Made by a program: the position numbers and the translations under genes
Part shown: positions 10,142 through 19,406 of the stretch, piece by piece
How the letters are laid out: every line of letters begins with the position of its first letter
Numbering within the stretch: the first letter of the stretch is position 1
NCBI GenBank assembly: GCA_963777505.1
Contig: CAVZQN010000003.1
Coordinates: 416,001-480,000 of the forward strand
Direction: 5' to 3'
DNA: 64,000 nucleotides
Source of the DNA: an uncultured bacterium
GTDB lineage: Bacteria > Acidobacteriota > HRBIN11 > JAKEFK01
The notes under the pieces: model-generated
What the model was told of the DNA's origin: nothing
What the model saw: the letters and a program-made list of their open reading frames with translations, nothing else
The model's database searches: none

Positions 10142-10187
10142 CATTGCCGGCGTGCTTTAGCCGGTAAAACGAAATGGAGTAAATGTT

Positions 10188-10868
10188 ATGGATCAGATTA
10201 CAGTTCAAAGCAATGTGCGTGAGGCGACAGGAAAAGGTCCGAATCGCCGCTTGCGCGTTGTCGGAAGGATACCTGCGGTGCTTTATGGCCATAAGAGCCA
10301 GAATGTTGCACTCGATGTGGATCCGAAAGAAATTTTCAAAATTCTAAATTCAGAATCGGGTGAAAATACAATTTTCCTGCTTCAGGTTCCTGGACGCGAA
10401 CTTGTTAATTGTTTGATCAAGGAATATCAGCTTGAACCTGTATCGCACAGCCTTCTTCATGCTGACTTTTATGAAGTTGCCATGGATGAAGTTCTTGAAG
10501 TAGATGTGCCTCTCGAAGTTATTGGCGAATCCTATGGCGTGAAAGTAGAAGGTGGTTTGCTGGACATTGTTCACCGTGAATTACGCGTTGAGTGTCTGCC
10601 CGGAGACATACCAGACAATATTGAAGTTGATGTCACTGAACTCAAGATCGGCGATTTAGTTCGCGTTCGTGATCTTAAGATAAGCGACAAAATAAAAATA
10701 CTGGATGATCCGGAAACGGTGGTTGTTGCAGTGGAACATCCTCGCGAAGAAGAACCTGTCGCGACCGCAGCAGTTCCTGGAACAGAAGCTGAACAAGAAC
10801 CGGAAGTAATCAAGAAGGGTAAAGCTGCTGAACCTGAAGAAGGCGAGGAAGAAGAAGAGAAGAAATAA
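10188..10868 (+). CDS. rplY: 50S ribosomal protein L25/general stress protein Ctc
   Basis: RRLR..G.IPAVLYG, HADFY, GVKVEGG motifs; acidic tail; synteny. Confidence 0.96.
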   Translation: MDQITVQSNVREATGKGPNRRLRVVGRIPAVLYGHKSQNVALDVDPKEIFKILNSESGENTIFLLQVPGRELVNCLIKEYQLEPVSHSLLHADFYEVAMDEVLEVDVPLEVIGESYGVKVEGGLLDIVHRELRVECLPGDIPDNIEVDVTELKIGDLVRVRDLKISDKIKILDDPETVVVAVEHPREEEPVATAAVPGTEAEQEPEVIKKGKAAEPEEGEEEEEKK

Positions 10869-10871
10869 CGC

Positions 10872-10903
10872 GATGTGGGATGCGCGATGCGTGATGCGGG
10901 ATG
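10872..10903 (+). repeat. Heptamer tandem repeat (GATGYGN)x4 ending in the pth start codon
   Basis: GATGTGG GATGCGC GATGCGT GATGCGG GATG. Confidence 0.75.
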
Positions 10904-11482
10904 ATAAGGTTGATAGCGGGACTGGGAAATCCTGGCGAAAAGTACGAACAAACACGCCACAATATCGGATTTCGTGCGACAGACCGATTGCTTGAAATTT
11001 CACCGCCGCGAAGTGAACGCCTGTTCAAACAAGCATTGCTTTATGAAACAGAGCGTTTTGGATTCATTTGTAAGCCGCTGACATTTATGAATCGCAGCGG
11101 CAAACCTTTACAGGATCTTGCCTCGGAATTGATGATTGATCCGAATCATATCCTGATAGTTTATGATGATTTTGCATTAGAGCTTGGTTTGTTGAGGATC
11201 CGCGAACGGGGTAGCGCAGGTGGTCATAATGGGTTACAATCCATCATCGATCACTTCGGTACGACCGAAATTCCAAGGATCCGTCTCGGTATCAAGACAG
11301 AAGAAATGGAAGATTGGGCCGATTTTGTGCTTGGAAAATTCAAACGTTCCGAGCAAAAAATAGTCGAAGAAATGTTAGATTTGTCATCTGAGGCCGTAGA
11401 CCTTACACTTACAAATGGAATTACGGCCGCAATGAACCGTTTTAACCGAAAGCAAAAGCAGGACAACGGATCTAATTCCTGA
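10901..11482 (+). CDS. pth: Peptidyl-tRNA hydrolase
   Basis: GLGNPG, TRHNIGF, KPLTFMNRSG, GGHNGL motifs. Confidence 0.97.
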   Translation: MIRLIAGLGNPGEKYEQTRHNIGFRATDRLLEISPPRSERLFKQALLYETERFGFICKPLTFMNRSGKPLQDLASELMIDPNHILIVYDDFALELGLLRIRERGSAGGHNGLQSIIDHFGTTEIPRIRLGIKTEEMEDWADFVLGKFKRSEQKIVEEMLDLSSEAVDLTLTNGITAAMNRFNRKQKQDNGSNS

Positions 11483-11495
11483 AAGCCAGCCTTTG

Positions 11496-11566
11496 CTCCT
11501 TGTTGTTGCCTCGAGGGGTAACAGCGAACTCTGCGGAATAAAATCCGTAGAAGAACCGAAAGGAGG
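11496..11566 (+). promoter_or_regulatory. Structured rpsF leader, candidate S6:S18 autoregulatory RNA
   Basis: CTCCTT pairs with the SD AAGGAG and encloses two hairpins; unpaired CCG next to the SD. Confidence 0.6.
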
Positions 11567-11571
11567 ATTCT

Positions 11572-12100
11572 GTGAATCATTACGAATTAATGGTGATTTA
11601 TTCACCAAGCCTCACTGAAGATGAACAACGTCAACAGTTTACCCAGGTAGAAGAACTGTTGAATCATGAAAATGCCCGAATGAATTGGGTCGATCATTGG
11701 GGTAAACGCAAACTTGCTTATCCTGTCAAGAAACAACGCCAGGGCTTCTATGATTGGTTTTATTTTGAACTGGATCCTGGTCGTATTTCTGAAATTGATC
11801 GCAAATTGAAAATGTCTGAAGTCATTTTGCGCTTCATGATTATCAAAATGGAAAAGATTCAGGTTCAGAATTTATTTCGAGAAATTGAACGAAAGACTCA
11901 AGCTGCCCAACCTGCACCAGTTGAAACTGCTCCTACACCTGTCACCTTCACCTGCACCAGCAGCGCCTGTTGAAGAAGTTGTACCCGAACCAGAAACTCC
12001 GGTCGCCGAAGCTCCTGCTCCTACTCCTGCTTCTCCTGAAGCTGAAGCTGTGGCAGAAACGGCAACGGAACCAGCCGTTGAACCTGAGAAGGAAGCATAA
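11572..12100 (+). CDS. rpsF: 30S ribosomal protein S6 with Ala/Pro/Glu tail; apparent +1 frameshift near 11941-11944
   Basis: YELMVI, WGKRKLAYPVKK, ILRFMI; low-complexity tail continues in the +1 frame to TAA at 12100, just before the rpsR SD. Confidence 0.92.
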
Positions 12101-12109
12101 GGAGGAGAT

Positions 12110-12397
12110 ATGCCAGAAAGAGATCGAAGAGGAATGCAGGATAAAGATCAACGTCAACAAGGAGGCGAGGGCGGTCGCCGATACTTCTATCGAAGAAAAA
12201 GAGTCTGCCGCTTCTGCGCTGAAAAAATGGACTTTATCGACTTTAAAGATATCTCCTTGCTTCAAAGTTTTGTCCCTGAACGAGGCAGAATTATGCCACG
12301 CCGTATTACAGGAACCTGTGCATGGCACCAGCGAAAACTGAGCACGGCACTCAAAAGAGCGCGCATCGCTGCGCTGATTCCATACGTAGGAGTATAG
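12110..12397 (+). CDS. rpsR: 30S ribosomal protein S18
   Basis: [29 protein letters not shown] motifs. Confidence 0.98.
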   Translation: MPERDRRGMQDKDQRQQGGEGGRRYFYRRKRVCRFCAEKMDFIDFKDISLLQSFVPERGRIMPRRITGTCAWHQRKLSTALKRARIAALIPYVGV

Positions 12398-12401
12398 TAC
12401 T

Positions 12402-12845
12402 ATGAAGCTAGTATTACTTGAAGATGTTGATAAGCTTGGAAAACGCGGAGCAATCGTAAGCGTAAAAAACGGTTACGGGCGAAATTTTTTAATCCCTCGA
12501 AAACTGGCAGCACCAGCAACCGATGGAAATCTCAAGCAAATTGAGTTGGAAGCAAAAAAGTTTAAAGTCCGTGAAGCAAAAGAAGAACAAGATGCGCTTT
12601 CGATGAAAGGTGATCTCGAAAAGGTTTCTCTGACAATTCCTATGAAGGCAGGAGAAGCTGATGTTCTTTTCGGTTCTGTAACTGCCGCTGATATTGCTAC
12701 AGCGTTAGAGAAAGAAGGCTACACGATCGATAAACGAAAGATTGAAATTGACGAACCGATTAAACGCCTCGGTGTTTATCATGTCCCAGTCCGTTTATAT
12801 AGAAGCATCAATGCTGAAATAAAAGTCTGGGTCGTCAAGGAATAA
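12402..12845 (+). CDS. rplI: 50S ribosomal protein L9
   Basis: LGKRG..VSVKNGYGRNFLIP, LFGSVT, PIKRLG motifs. Confidence 0.98.
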   Translation: MKLVLLEDVDKLGKRGAIVSVKNGYGRNFLIPRKLAAPATDGNLKQIELEAKKFKVREAKEEQDALSMKGDLEKVSLTIPMKAGEADVLFGSVTAADIATALEKEGYTIDKRKIEIDEPIKRLGVYHVPVRLYRSINAEIKVWVVKE

Positions 12846-12910
12846 AAGTTCTCTGTGACTCTGCGGTAAAAATTAAGCTATAATGATCGACGCTTGCTAA
12901 GAGTTCTATC

Positions 12911-14245
12911 ATGGCCGTTGATCTCATCACCGAAAGGGGACTACCTCACAATCTTGATGCTGAGCGATCTGTCCTTGGCGCCATCATTCTCGACAATGAA
13001 TCCATTTACCAGATTCTTGATGTTTTAAAATCAGAAGATTTTTACGCAGAAAATCACAAAGTCCTTTTCGAGCGTATCACCGAAATGGTGACTGTTTCCC
13101 GGGCAATCGATCTTGTGACACTGCGTGAAGAGCTGGCACGTACCGGTGAACTCGAACAAATCGGCGGCATTCCATATATTGCATCGCTGATTGATACTCT
13201 TCCAACATCCCGCAATATTCTGCATTACAGCCAGATCATCAAAGAAAAAGCTGTCTTGAGGCGTCTAATTCGTGCAGGTTATGACATTATCGATTCCTGT
13301 TACAGACAAGAAGAAGAAACGGTCGAAATTCTTAATAGTGCAGAACGAAGTATTTTTGCAATCGCAGAAGATCGGATCCGTGTCGGATTTCAATCATTAA
13401 AAGATCTGGCCGATAGTGCATGGAACCGGATCAACTTCATTCATGAAAATCCAGGAGTTTTAACTGGTCTTGAAACGGGATTTTCAGATCTCGATCAGCT
13501 TACATCAGGATTGCAACCAGCCGATTTGATTATCGTTGCCGGACGTCCATCTATGGGAAAAACTGCCCTCGCGATGAACATTGCTCAACATGTTGGAGTG
13601 CGGCTAAAAAAGACTGTCGGGGTTTTTAGTCTTGAAATGTCACGAGATCAATTAATGTTGCGATTCTTATGTTCAGAAGCAAGATTAGATTCACATCGAT
13701 TGAAAGTCGGTGGCTTCACACGCGATGAATGGTCCAGATTAATGCGAACAATGGCTGTGTTAAGTGAAGCAAAAGTATTTCTAGATGATTCAAGCTCATC
13801 AACTCCTATTGAAATGGGAGCAAAAGCCCGAAGATTAAAAGCAGAACATGGATTGGATCTTATTATTATCGATTATTTGCAAATGATGCGGATGAAAGGC
13901 CGTTACGATAATCGTCAGCAAGAAATAACAGCGATTTCCCGGTCGCTGAAAGAACTGGCAAAAGAATTAAATGTACCAGTGATTGCATTATCTCAGCTGC
14001 ATCGTGGCCCTGAAACGAGAGGGAAGGATCATCGACCTATGCTTTCCGATCTTCGTGAGTCAGGAGCCATTGAACAAGATGCGGACGTTGTGTGTTTTAT
14101 CTATCGCGAAGAAGTCTATGAACCTACTGAAGAAAACCGCGGGCTTGCCGAAATTCTTGTGCGCAAACAGCGCAATGGCCCCATTGGAGACATCGAATTG
14201 GTTTTCTTGAAGGAATACACGCGATTTGAAAACAAGTATAAGTAA
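12911..14245 (+). CDS. dnaB: Replicative DNA helicase
   Basis: PHNLDAE, GRPSMGKT, FSLEMS, IDYLQ, DLRESGAIEQDAD, KQRNGP; no intein. Confidence 0.98.
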   Translation: MAVDLITERGLPHNLDAERSVLGAIILDNESIYQILDVLKSEDFYAENHKVLFERITEMVTVSRAIDLVTLREELARTGELEQIGGIPYIASLIDTLPTSRNILHYSQIIKEKAVLRRLIRAGYDIIDSCYRQEEETVEILNSAERSIFAIAEDRIRVGFQSLKDLADSAWNRINFIHENPGVLTGLETGFSDLDQLTSGLQPADLIIVAGRPSMGKTALAMNIAQHVGVRLKKTVGVFSLEMSRDQLMLRFLCSEARLDSHRLKVGGFTRDEWSRLMRTMAVLSEAKVFLDDSSSSTPIEMGAKARRLKAEHGLDLIIIDYLQMMRMKGRYDNRQQEITAISRSLKELAKELNVPVIALSQLHRGPETRGKDHRPMLSDLRESGAIEQDADVVCFIYREEVYEPTEENRGLAEILVRKQRNGPIGDIELVFLKEYTRFENKYK

Positions 14246-15361
14246 CCTTCCGCTGCAGCGTCCTACATGGGCAGAAGTAGATCTAGACGCTCTTCATTCC
14301 AATACATTAAAAATTCTGAAGAAGGTAGCGCCTGGCGAGAATTCTCGCCGTCGTTAAAGCCGATGGTTACGGACATGGAGCTCTGGCTATCGCTCGTGAA
14401 CTTGCCAAAACAGGTGTTGCTTATTTTGGAACTGCAACTGTTGAAGAAGCAATTGAAATTCGGGACGCTGGAATTAAAACACCACTTGTCGTACTGGGGG
14501 CGATGACCCCGGAACAATTGCCAATTTTGAATCAATACGATTTTTATCCAAGTGTTCATACCCTTAATTTCTATGAAGCTCTTTCTGCATTTGTTCGCGA
14601 CAACAGACCTGTTGATGTCCATTTAAAAGTTGATACTGGAATGGGACGCCTTGGAATGTCTGAGAATGATGCTGCAAGAATTTTGCAAAATCCAGCAAAG
14701 GGTATTCATATTCAAGGACTCTTTACTCATTTTGCATGCGCTGATATTCCAAATGACGAAACCATGCATGCCCAGATCGATCGATTCAATTCATTTCTGC
14801 AATCTTTTGGTTCAGGCGTTCCGGATATTCATGCTGCCAACAGCGCGGCAATCCTGAATTATCCAGAAAGTCATTACAATCTGGTGAGGCCAGGCCTGCT
14901 CCTGTATGGACTTTCACCGATGGATGATACAACGTCAGATCTACAGCCGGTGCTATCTTTAAAAAGCAAAATCATTTCATTGCGACAAATTAGCACAGGA
15001 CAAAGTATCGGATATGGCAGAACGTTTGTAGCAAAGACGTGATACAAGAATTGCAACTGTTCCTATCGGTTATAGCGATGGCTTGCGCAGACGTCTTTCC
15101 AACAAATTACAAGTAGAAGTAAAAGGGAAAATGTGTCCCATTGTAGGAAACATAAGCATGGATCTTTGCATGTTGGATATTACCGATTTACCTGAAGTAG
15201 ATTTGTATGACACAGTTACATTCCTTGGATCTAGAATTACGGCATGGGATTGGGCTCGTTTGTTGGATTCCATTCCTTGGGAAATCTTATGTTTGATTGG
15301 TGCACGTGTACCGCGTGTTTATTTTAAGGATGGTAAGATTGCCGATGTGTACTACCCTTGA
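14226..15361 (+). CDS. alr: Alanine racemase; two apparent +1 frameshifts (about 14334 and 15037)
   Basis: RPTWAEVDL, then AVVKADGYGHG (PLP lysine), HLKVDTGMGRLG, HAANSA, VRPG, then PIGYSDG, GNISMD, across three frames. Confidence 0.92.
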
Positions 15362-15368
15362 GCTATTA

Positions 15369-15501
15369 GTAGTTAGGCACGCAGGCGAAGTCTGCCGAAG
15401 GCAGACGAGCCAGTGCCGTTTCTCTGAGCTCGCTACGACAATATTTCCGATAAGCTTACGGCACTGCCTCGCGTTCGCTCGGCTGCGTGCCTCACTACAA
15501 A
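15369..15501. repeat. GTAG-type REP-like inverted doublet, copy 2
   Basis: GTAGTTAGGCACGCAG-[GTCTGCC GAA GGCAGAC]-CAGTGCCGT ... ACGGCACTG-[..]-CTGCGTGCCTCACTACAAA. Confidence 0.85.
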
Positions 15502-15502
15502 C

Positions 15503-16858
15503 ATGAAAAAAAAAGGATCACAGTTTGTTTGCCAGGAATGTGGAGCCATCACTCAAAAGTGGCTTGGAAAATGTCCTGAGTGTAATAACTGGAACACTTT
15601 AGTAGAAGAAAGTGTCGTCGCACGTGAAACCGGAACATGGACTGGTATTACGCAGAGTCATCCAGTTCCACTTGATACCGAAGATCAAACGGTCGATCTT
15701 CCTCGCACGTTAACAGATATTCCCGAATTGGATCGAGTTCTCGGCGGAGGCATCGTCGAAGGTAGTCTTGTATTAATCGGTGGGGATCCAGGAATTGGAA
15801 AGTCTACGTTGATGATGCAACTTGCATACAGTCTTGCATTGAAAAATCGCAAGATCCTGTATGTTTCTGGTGAAGAATCTGAAAATCAAATCCGCCTTCG
15901 CGCTCAAAGGTTGAACGTACATACAGAGAATTTGTATGTTTTTACTGAAACGTGTGTTGAACGGATCCTTCCTGAAGCTGATAAGTTAAACCCTTTCGCA
16001 ATTGTGATCGATTCAATTCAAACGATGTATACGCTTAAAATGGGATCGGTTCCTGGCAGCGTTGGACAGATCCGTGAAACTGCAATGCAGTTTCTTACCT
16101 ATGCAAAACAAAGCAACGTTACAGTCTTTCTTACGGGTCATGTAACAAAAGAAGGGACGATTGCAGGTCCAAGATTGCTTGAGCATCTTGTAGATACTGT
16201 TCTGTATTTTGAAGGTGATAATAAGCAGCTTTTCAGAATCTTACGTGCTGTTAAAAACAGATTTGGATCGATCAATGAGATCGGTGTATTTGAAATGGCT
16301 GAAGCTGGTTTGCTGCCTGTAAAAAATCCGTCACAGATGTTTTTATCGGAACGTCCTTTATCAGCACCCGGATCAGTCGTAATGTCATGTCTGGAAGGAA
16401 CGCGGCCGTTTTTAGTAGAACTGCAAGCACTTGTCACCGAGAGTGCATACGGAACGGCACGTCGAATGGCAATAGGCCTGGATTCTTCACGTGTCGTAAT
16501 GTTAGTTGCTGTACTTGAAAAAAGAATCGGCTACCATCTTGCCGGCCAGGATATTTTTCTTAACGTGGTAGGTGGTCTTTTCATTGAAGATCCTGCTGCT
16601 GATCTCGCAATCTGTGCGGCAGTAGTCTCCAGTCTTCGCAATAAAGCCATCGATCAAAATACAGTGTTTTGCGGCGAAGTAGGCTTAACAGGAGAAATTC
16701 GTTCTATCACACATTTCAATTTGCGAGCATCCGAAGCAAAAAATCTCGGATTTAAACGAATTCTTGCCCCACAGAACTCAAGATACGACTCCGATGGCGT
16801 TGAAATTATCGGCTGCGAAACAGTCAAAGAAGCCCTCAGCTTCCTGAAAAGCCAATAG
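15503..16858 (+). CDS. radA: DNA repair protein RadA/Sms
   Basis: CQECG...CPEC zinc finger, GDPGIGKST, KNRFG, GEVGLTGEIR motifs. Confidence 0.98.
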   Translation: MKKKGSQFVCQECGAITQKWLGKCPECNNWNTLVEESVVARETGTWTGITQSHPVPLDTEDQTVDLPRTLTDIPELDRVLGGGIVEGSLVLIGGDPGIGKSTLMMQLAYSLALKNRKILYVSGEESENQIRLRAQRLNVHTENLYVFTETCVERILPEADKLNPFAIVIDSIQTMYTLKMGSVPGSVGQIRETAMQFLTYAKQSNVTVFLTGHVTKEGTIAGPRLLEHLVDTVLYFEGDNKQLFRILRAVKNRFGSINEIGVFEMAEAGLLPVKNPSQMFLSERPLSAPGSVVMSCLEGTRPFLVELQALVTESAYGTARRMAIGLDSSRVVMLVAVLEKRIGYHLAGQDIFLNVVGGLFIEDPAADLAICAAVVSSLRNKAIDQNTVFCGEVGLTGEIRSITHFNLRASEAKNLGFKRILAPQNSRYDSDGVEIIGCETVKEALSFLKSQ

Positions 16859-16969
16859 TTGATCCAACACGGCATAAAGCAAAAACCCTAAATTTTGCAA
16901 TGATTTCCCGCCTTTTTATATTACAATGTAGACGCATATTAACGATCTAAAAAAGGGGGTGAAGACAAC

Positions 16970-17956
16970 CTGAGCCTATTCTTAAGTAGATTAGTTTTAG
17001 TTGCTTTACTAGCGGTCGCGGGGTATTTCATACAGCCTTTCCAAGCGCCTAGCCGGATTTATGGACTTGCAGCCGGTGCGGTACTTGGAGCGCTTATCAT
17101 CTTTCTCGAAAGCAAAATCAAAAGCGTCGGTCCAAAAACTTTGGTCGGCTCTGTAATTGGTTTAGTTTTCGGTATTATCCTGGCGATGCTGGTCAATTTC
17201 ATTGTAGGAAAGTTGGGATTATCAAAACCAACGAGTACGATTCTTCAAATATTTTCATTTTTCTTCTTCATTTACACCGGATTGCTTCTTGGGAGTAAGA
17301 AGGCGGATTGGTTTGAACCTGCAAACTTGATGGCCCTTTTTGGAGAAAAGGGTGAGAAAAAAAGTTACAAAATTCTTGATACAAGCGTCATTATCGATGG
17401 CCGAATTGCTGATCTTACAGAAACCGGATTCATCGAAGGCACAATTGTAGTGCCACAATTTGTATTAAGGGAACTACAGCATATTGCGGATTCGCCAGAT
17501 TCTTTAAAAAGAAATCGAGGCCGAAGGGGAATTGAAATCCTTCAACGAATGCAGAAAAAACCTGATTTAAATGTGACAATTACGGAAATTGATTTCCCTG
17601 ATATTCCCGAAGTCGATATGAAGTTGATTGAACTTGCAAAACAGTTGAATGCGAAAATTGTGACAAACGATTACAACTTGAACAAAATAGCGCAATTGCA
17701 AGGTGTTCATGTACTCAATATCAATGAGTTGGCAAGTTCCTTACGCCCGGTCGTTTTACCGGGAGAAACAATGAAGGTTTTTATACTCAAAGAAGGTAAG
17801 GAATACAATCAAGGTGTTGCGTATCTCGATGATGGAACTATGGTTGTTGTTGATAATGCAAGAAAGTTAATTGGAAAAAATGTTGAAGTTACTGTAACAA
17901 GTGTCTTGCAAACAACTGTAGGAAAGATGATTTTTGGCAGACATGAAGAAGAATAA
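16970..17956 (+). CDS. PIN/TRAM domain membrane protein (YacL-like), probable CTG start
   Basis: [14 protein letters not shown] motif, [31 protein letters not shown]; frame is open upstream of 17141 with TM segments back to CTG at 16970. Confidence 0.9.
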   Translation: MSLFLSRLVLVALLAVAGYFIQPFQAPSRIYGLAAGAVLGALIIFLESKIKSVGPKTLVGSVIGLVFGIILAMLVNFIVGKLGLSKPTSTILQIFSFFFFIYTGLLLGSKKADWFEPANLMALFGEKGEKKSYKILDTSVIIDGRIADLTETGFIEGTIVVPQFVLRELQHIADSPDSLKRNRGRRGIEILQRMQKKPDLNVTITEIDFPDIPEVDMKLIELAKQLNAKIVTNDYNLNKIAQLQGVHVLNINELASSLRPVVLPGETMKVFILKEGKEYNQGVAYLDDGTMVVVDNARKLIGKNVEVTVTSVLQTTVGKMIFGRHEEE

Positions 17957-17961
17957 ATAAA

Positions 17962-17997
17962 ATGGGGCATCCATCAGGATGCCCCATAACTTTTTTT
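17962..17997. terminator. Intrinsic terminator between convergent genes
   Basis: ATGGGGCATCC-ATCA-GGATGCCCCAT followed by T7. Confidence 0.8.
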
Positions 17998-18008
17998 CCT
18001 TCGCAGGG

Positions 18009-18728
18009 TCAATCAACTCTCAGTTGATTATCTATAGAAAGAACTCCAATTGTCTGGCGAACTAATGAACCCGCCAGAATCTTGTCACCTTCTGTATCGA
18101 CAAATCCAGTTAATGTCACGCGTCCGCGATCTACAATAATACTCATTGATGGCCGTGCCCCAAGAAAATAATAAAACAGCCGGTCATCATTTCTAAGTCT
18201 TCTGAATATTTGGAGTCGAAGCCGGTCATCATTTTGTGAGGGTGGTAGAACTTCAACCTCATTAACAACCTGTTGAACGCCTGGTACTTCCATGGCAGCT
18301 TCTTCTGCAACATCAAACAAATGCGCAGTTTTGACTTTTCCTTGAATTGTAACAACGCCAGCTTTGGTGCGGACTTCAAGATTGTCAAAAACTCCGCTTG
18401 TAGTTGTTATGTCTTTCCGGATTTTAGCAACTACATCAAGAGTAATTTCTTCGTCCGAACGCTGCATTCCACCGACTTGAATTCTGTTATCGATTTCCGT
18501 CTTCAGTTCTTTCTTGGCTACTTTTCCTGCCTCATATTTGTCCTTTAATGTTGGCGCCAGTCCTTCTAGAACTGCTTTGCCGCCATCGAGGCGCAACTGC
18601 AATCGCTCTATATTCGCTTCTTCCCGGATCTCATTCTGTACCTCATTCAGGTCAGCCCCAAGAACATACGAACATGCGGACAGCAATATTGCAGCTGTAA
18701 TCAAATTTAGTTTACTTATGAACTTCAT
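18009..18728 (-). CDS. BON-domain secreted protein (about 3 BON domains)
   Basis: Signal peptide; GVVTIQGKV...VPGVQQVVNEVEV and GRVTLTGFV...GVLSIDNQLRV BON motifs. Confidence 0.88.
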   Translation of the reverse strand: MKFISKLNLITAAILLSACSYVLGADLNEVQNEIREEANIERLQLRLDGGKAVLEGLAPTLKDKYEAGKVAKKELKTEIDNRIQVGGMQRSDEEITLDVVAKIRKDITTTSGVFDNLEVRTKAGVVTIQGKVKTAHLFDVAEEAAMEVPGVQQVVNEVEVLPPSQNDDRLRLQIFRRLRNDDRLFYYFLGARPSMSIIVDRGRVTLTGFVDTEGDKILAGSLVRQTIGVLSIDNQLRVD

Positions 18729-18793
18729 AACTCGCTCCTTTCTATTCGCCTCTCCATACCATTATGTGTCCTGACCGAACGTAGTACAAATCA

Positions 18794-18830
18794 GGGAACC
18801 CGGGGCGGTACAAAGACCGCCCGGATTCCC
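18794..18830. other. GC-rich imperfect hairpin between the His-rich gene and the BON gene
   Basis: GGGAACCCGGGGCGGT-ACAAAG-ACCGCCCGGATTCCC; weak U-tract, so terminator or stability element. Confidence 0.5.
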
Positions 18831-18836
18831 AGGTGA

Positions 18837-19232
18837 TTAACGGAAGATGCTGATTCCGAAATGAAACCCACTTTGTGGCCTGTAATAGCTGCCATAATTA
18901 TGTCTTCCACCGTAGTAGTGACATCGGTTATAGCTGCCACGATAATAATGATCGTGCCAGTAATTCGCATATACAGGCGCTGAATAAACCGGCGCTGGCG
19001 CTACATACACGGGCGCATACGAATAATGATGTCTGCCTCCATAGTAGTGACCTTTGTTATAGCGGCCACCGTTATGATGATTGTTCCAATAGTTTACCGG
19101 TGCTCTATAACTCTGGTTGTAACTGTAACCGTTATGGCCACAACCGGAGTAATGACGATGGCCTGCTGAAGCAGTGCCTGCAAAACCCAGGAATAAGGCC
19201 GCGAAAATAAAACCAAAAAATAGCTTCTTCAT
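18837..19232 (-). CDS. Small secreted His/Tyr/Gly/Asn-rich protein with internal repeat
   Basis: Signal peptide ending ASA; SD GGAGGA; two related YW...HYYGGRH(H/N)Y units. Confidence 0.8.
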   Translation of the reverse strand: MKKLFFGFIFAALFLGFAGTASAGHRHYSGCGHNGYSYNQSYRAPVNYWNNHHNGGRYNKGHYYGGRHHYSYAPVYVAPAPVYSAPVYANYWHDHYYRGSYNRCHYYGGRHNYGSYYRPQSGFHFGISIFR

Positions 19233-19269
19233 CGCTTCCTCCCAAACTTATCCTTCGTCTTTTCTGTTG

Positions 19270-19285
19270 TGCAAGCACCATGCCA
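19270..19285 (-). promoter_or_regulatory. Sigma-54 (-24/-12) promoter of the His-rich gene
   Basis: Minus strand TGGCATGGTGCTTGCA matches TGGCAC-N5-TTGCW with GG-N10-GC spacing, 38 bp before ATG. Confidence 0.75.
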
Positions 19286-19406
19286 TACTCTCTATCGTCG
19301 AGAAATCTAAGGGAGACTGTCCTTAAACAAGGACGAATGAAATATTGTGCATCTTTGCGGTTGAGGAAACATTGTGTACTCTTGTTCGTATTACAATCGG
19401 ATACAA

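Noticed and set aside
10144-10168. Hairpin before rplY as an L25 leader
   Set aside because: A single short stem (TTGCCGGC/GCCGGTAA) with no further support from sequence alone
12101-12109. Missing ssb/priB between rpsF and rpsR
   Set aside because: rpsF-rpsR-rplI without ssb is a common arrangement
12911-14245. Intein in DnaB
   Set aside because: Length of 444 aa and contiguous motifs leave no insertion
14226-15361. alr (and rsmI, rpsF, kinase) as true pseudogenes or programmed frameshifts
   Set aside because: Motifs intact, no nonsense decay, no shared slippery site, and all are single +1 insertions; assembly error is more parsimonious
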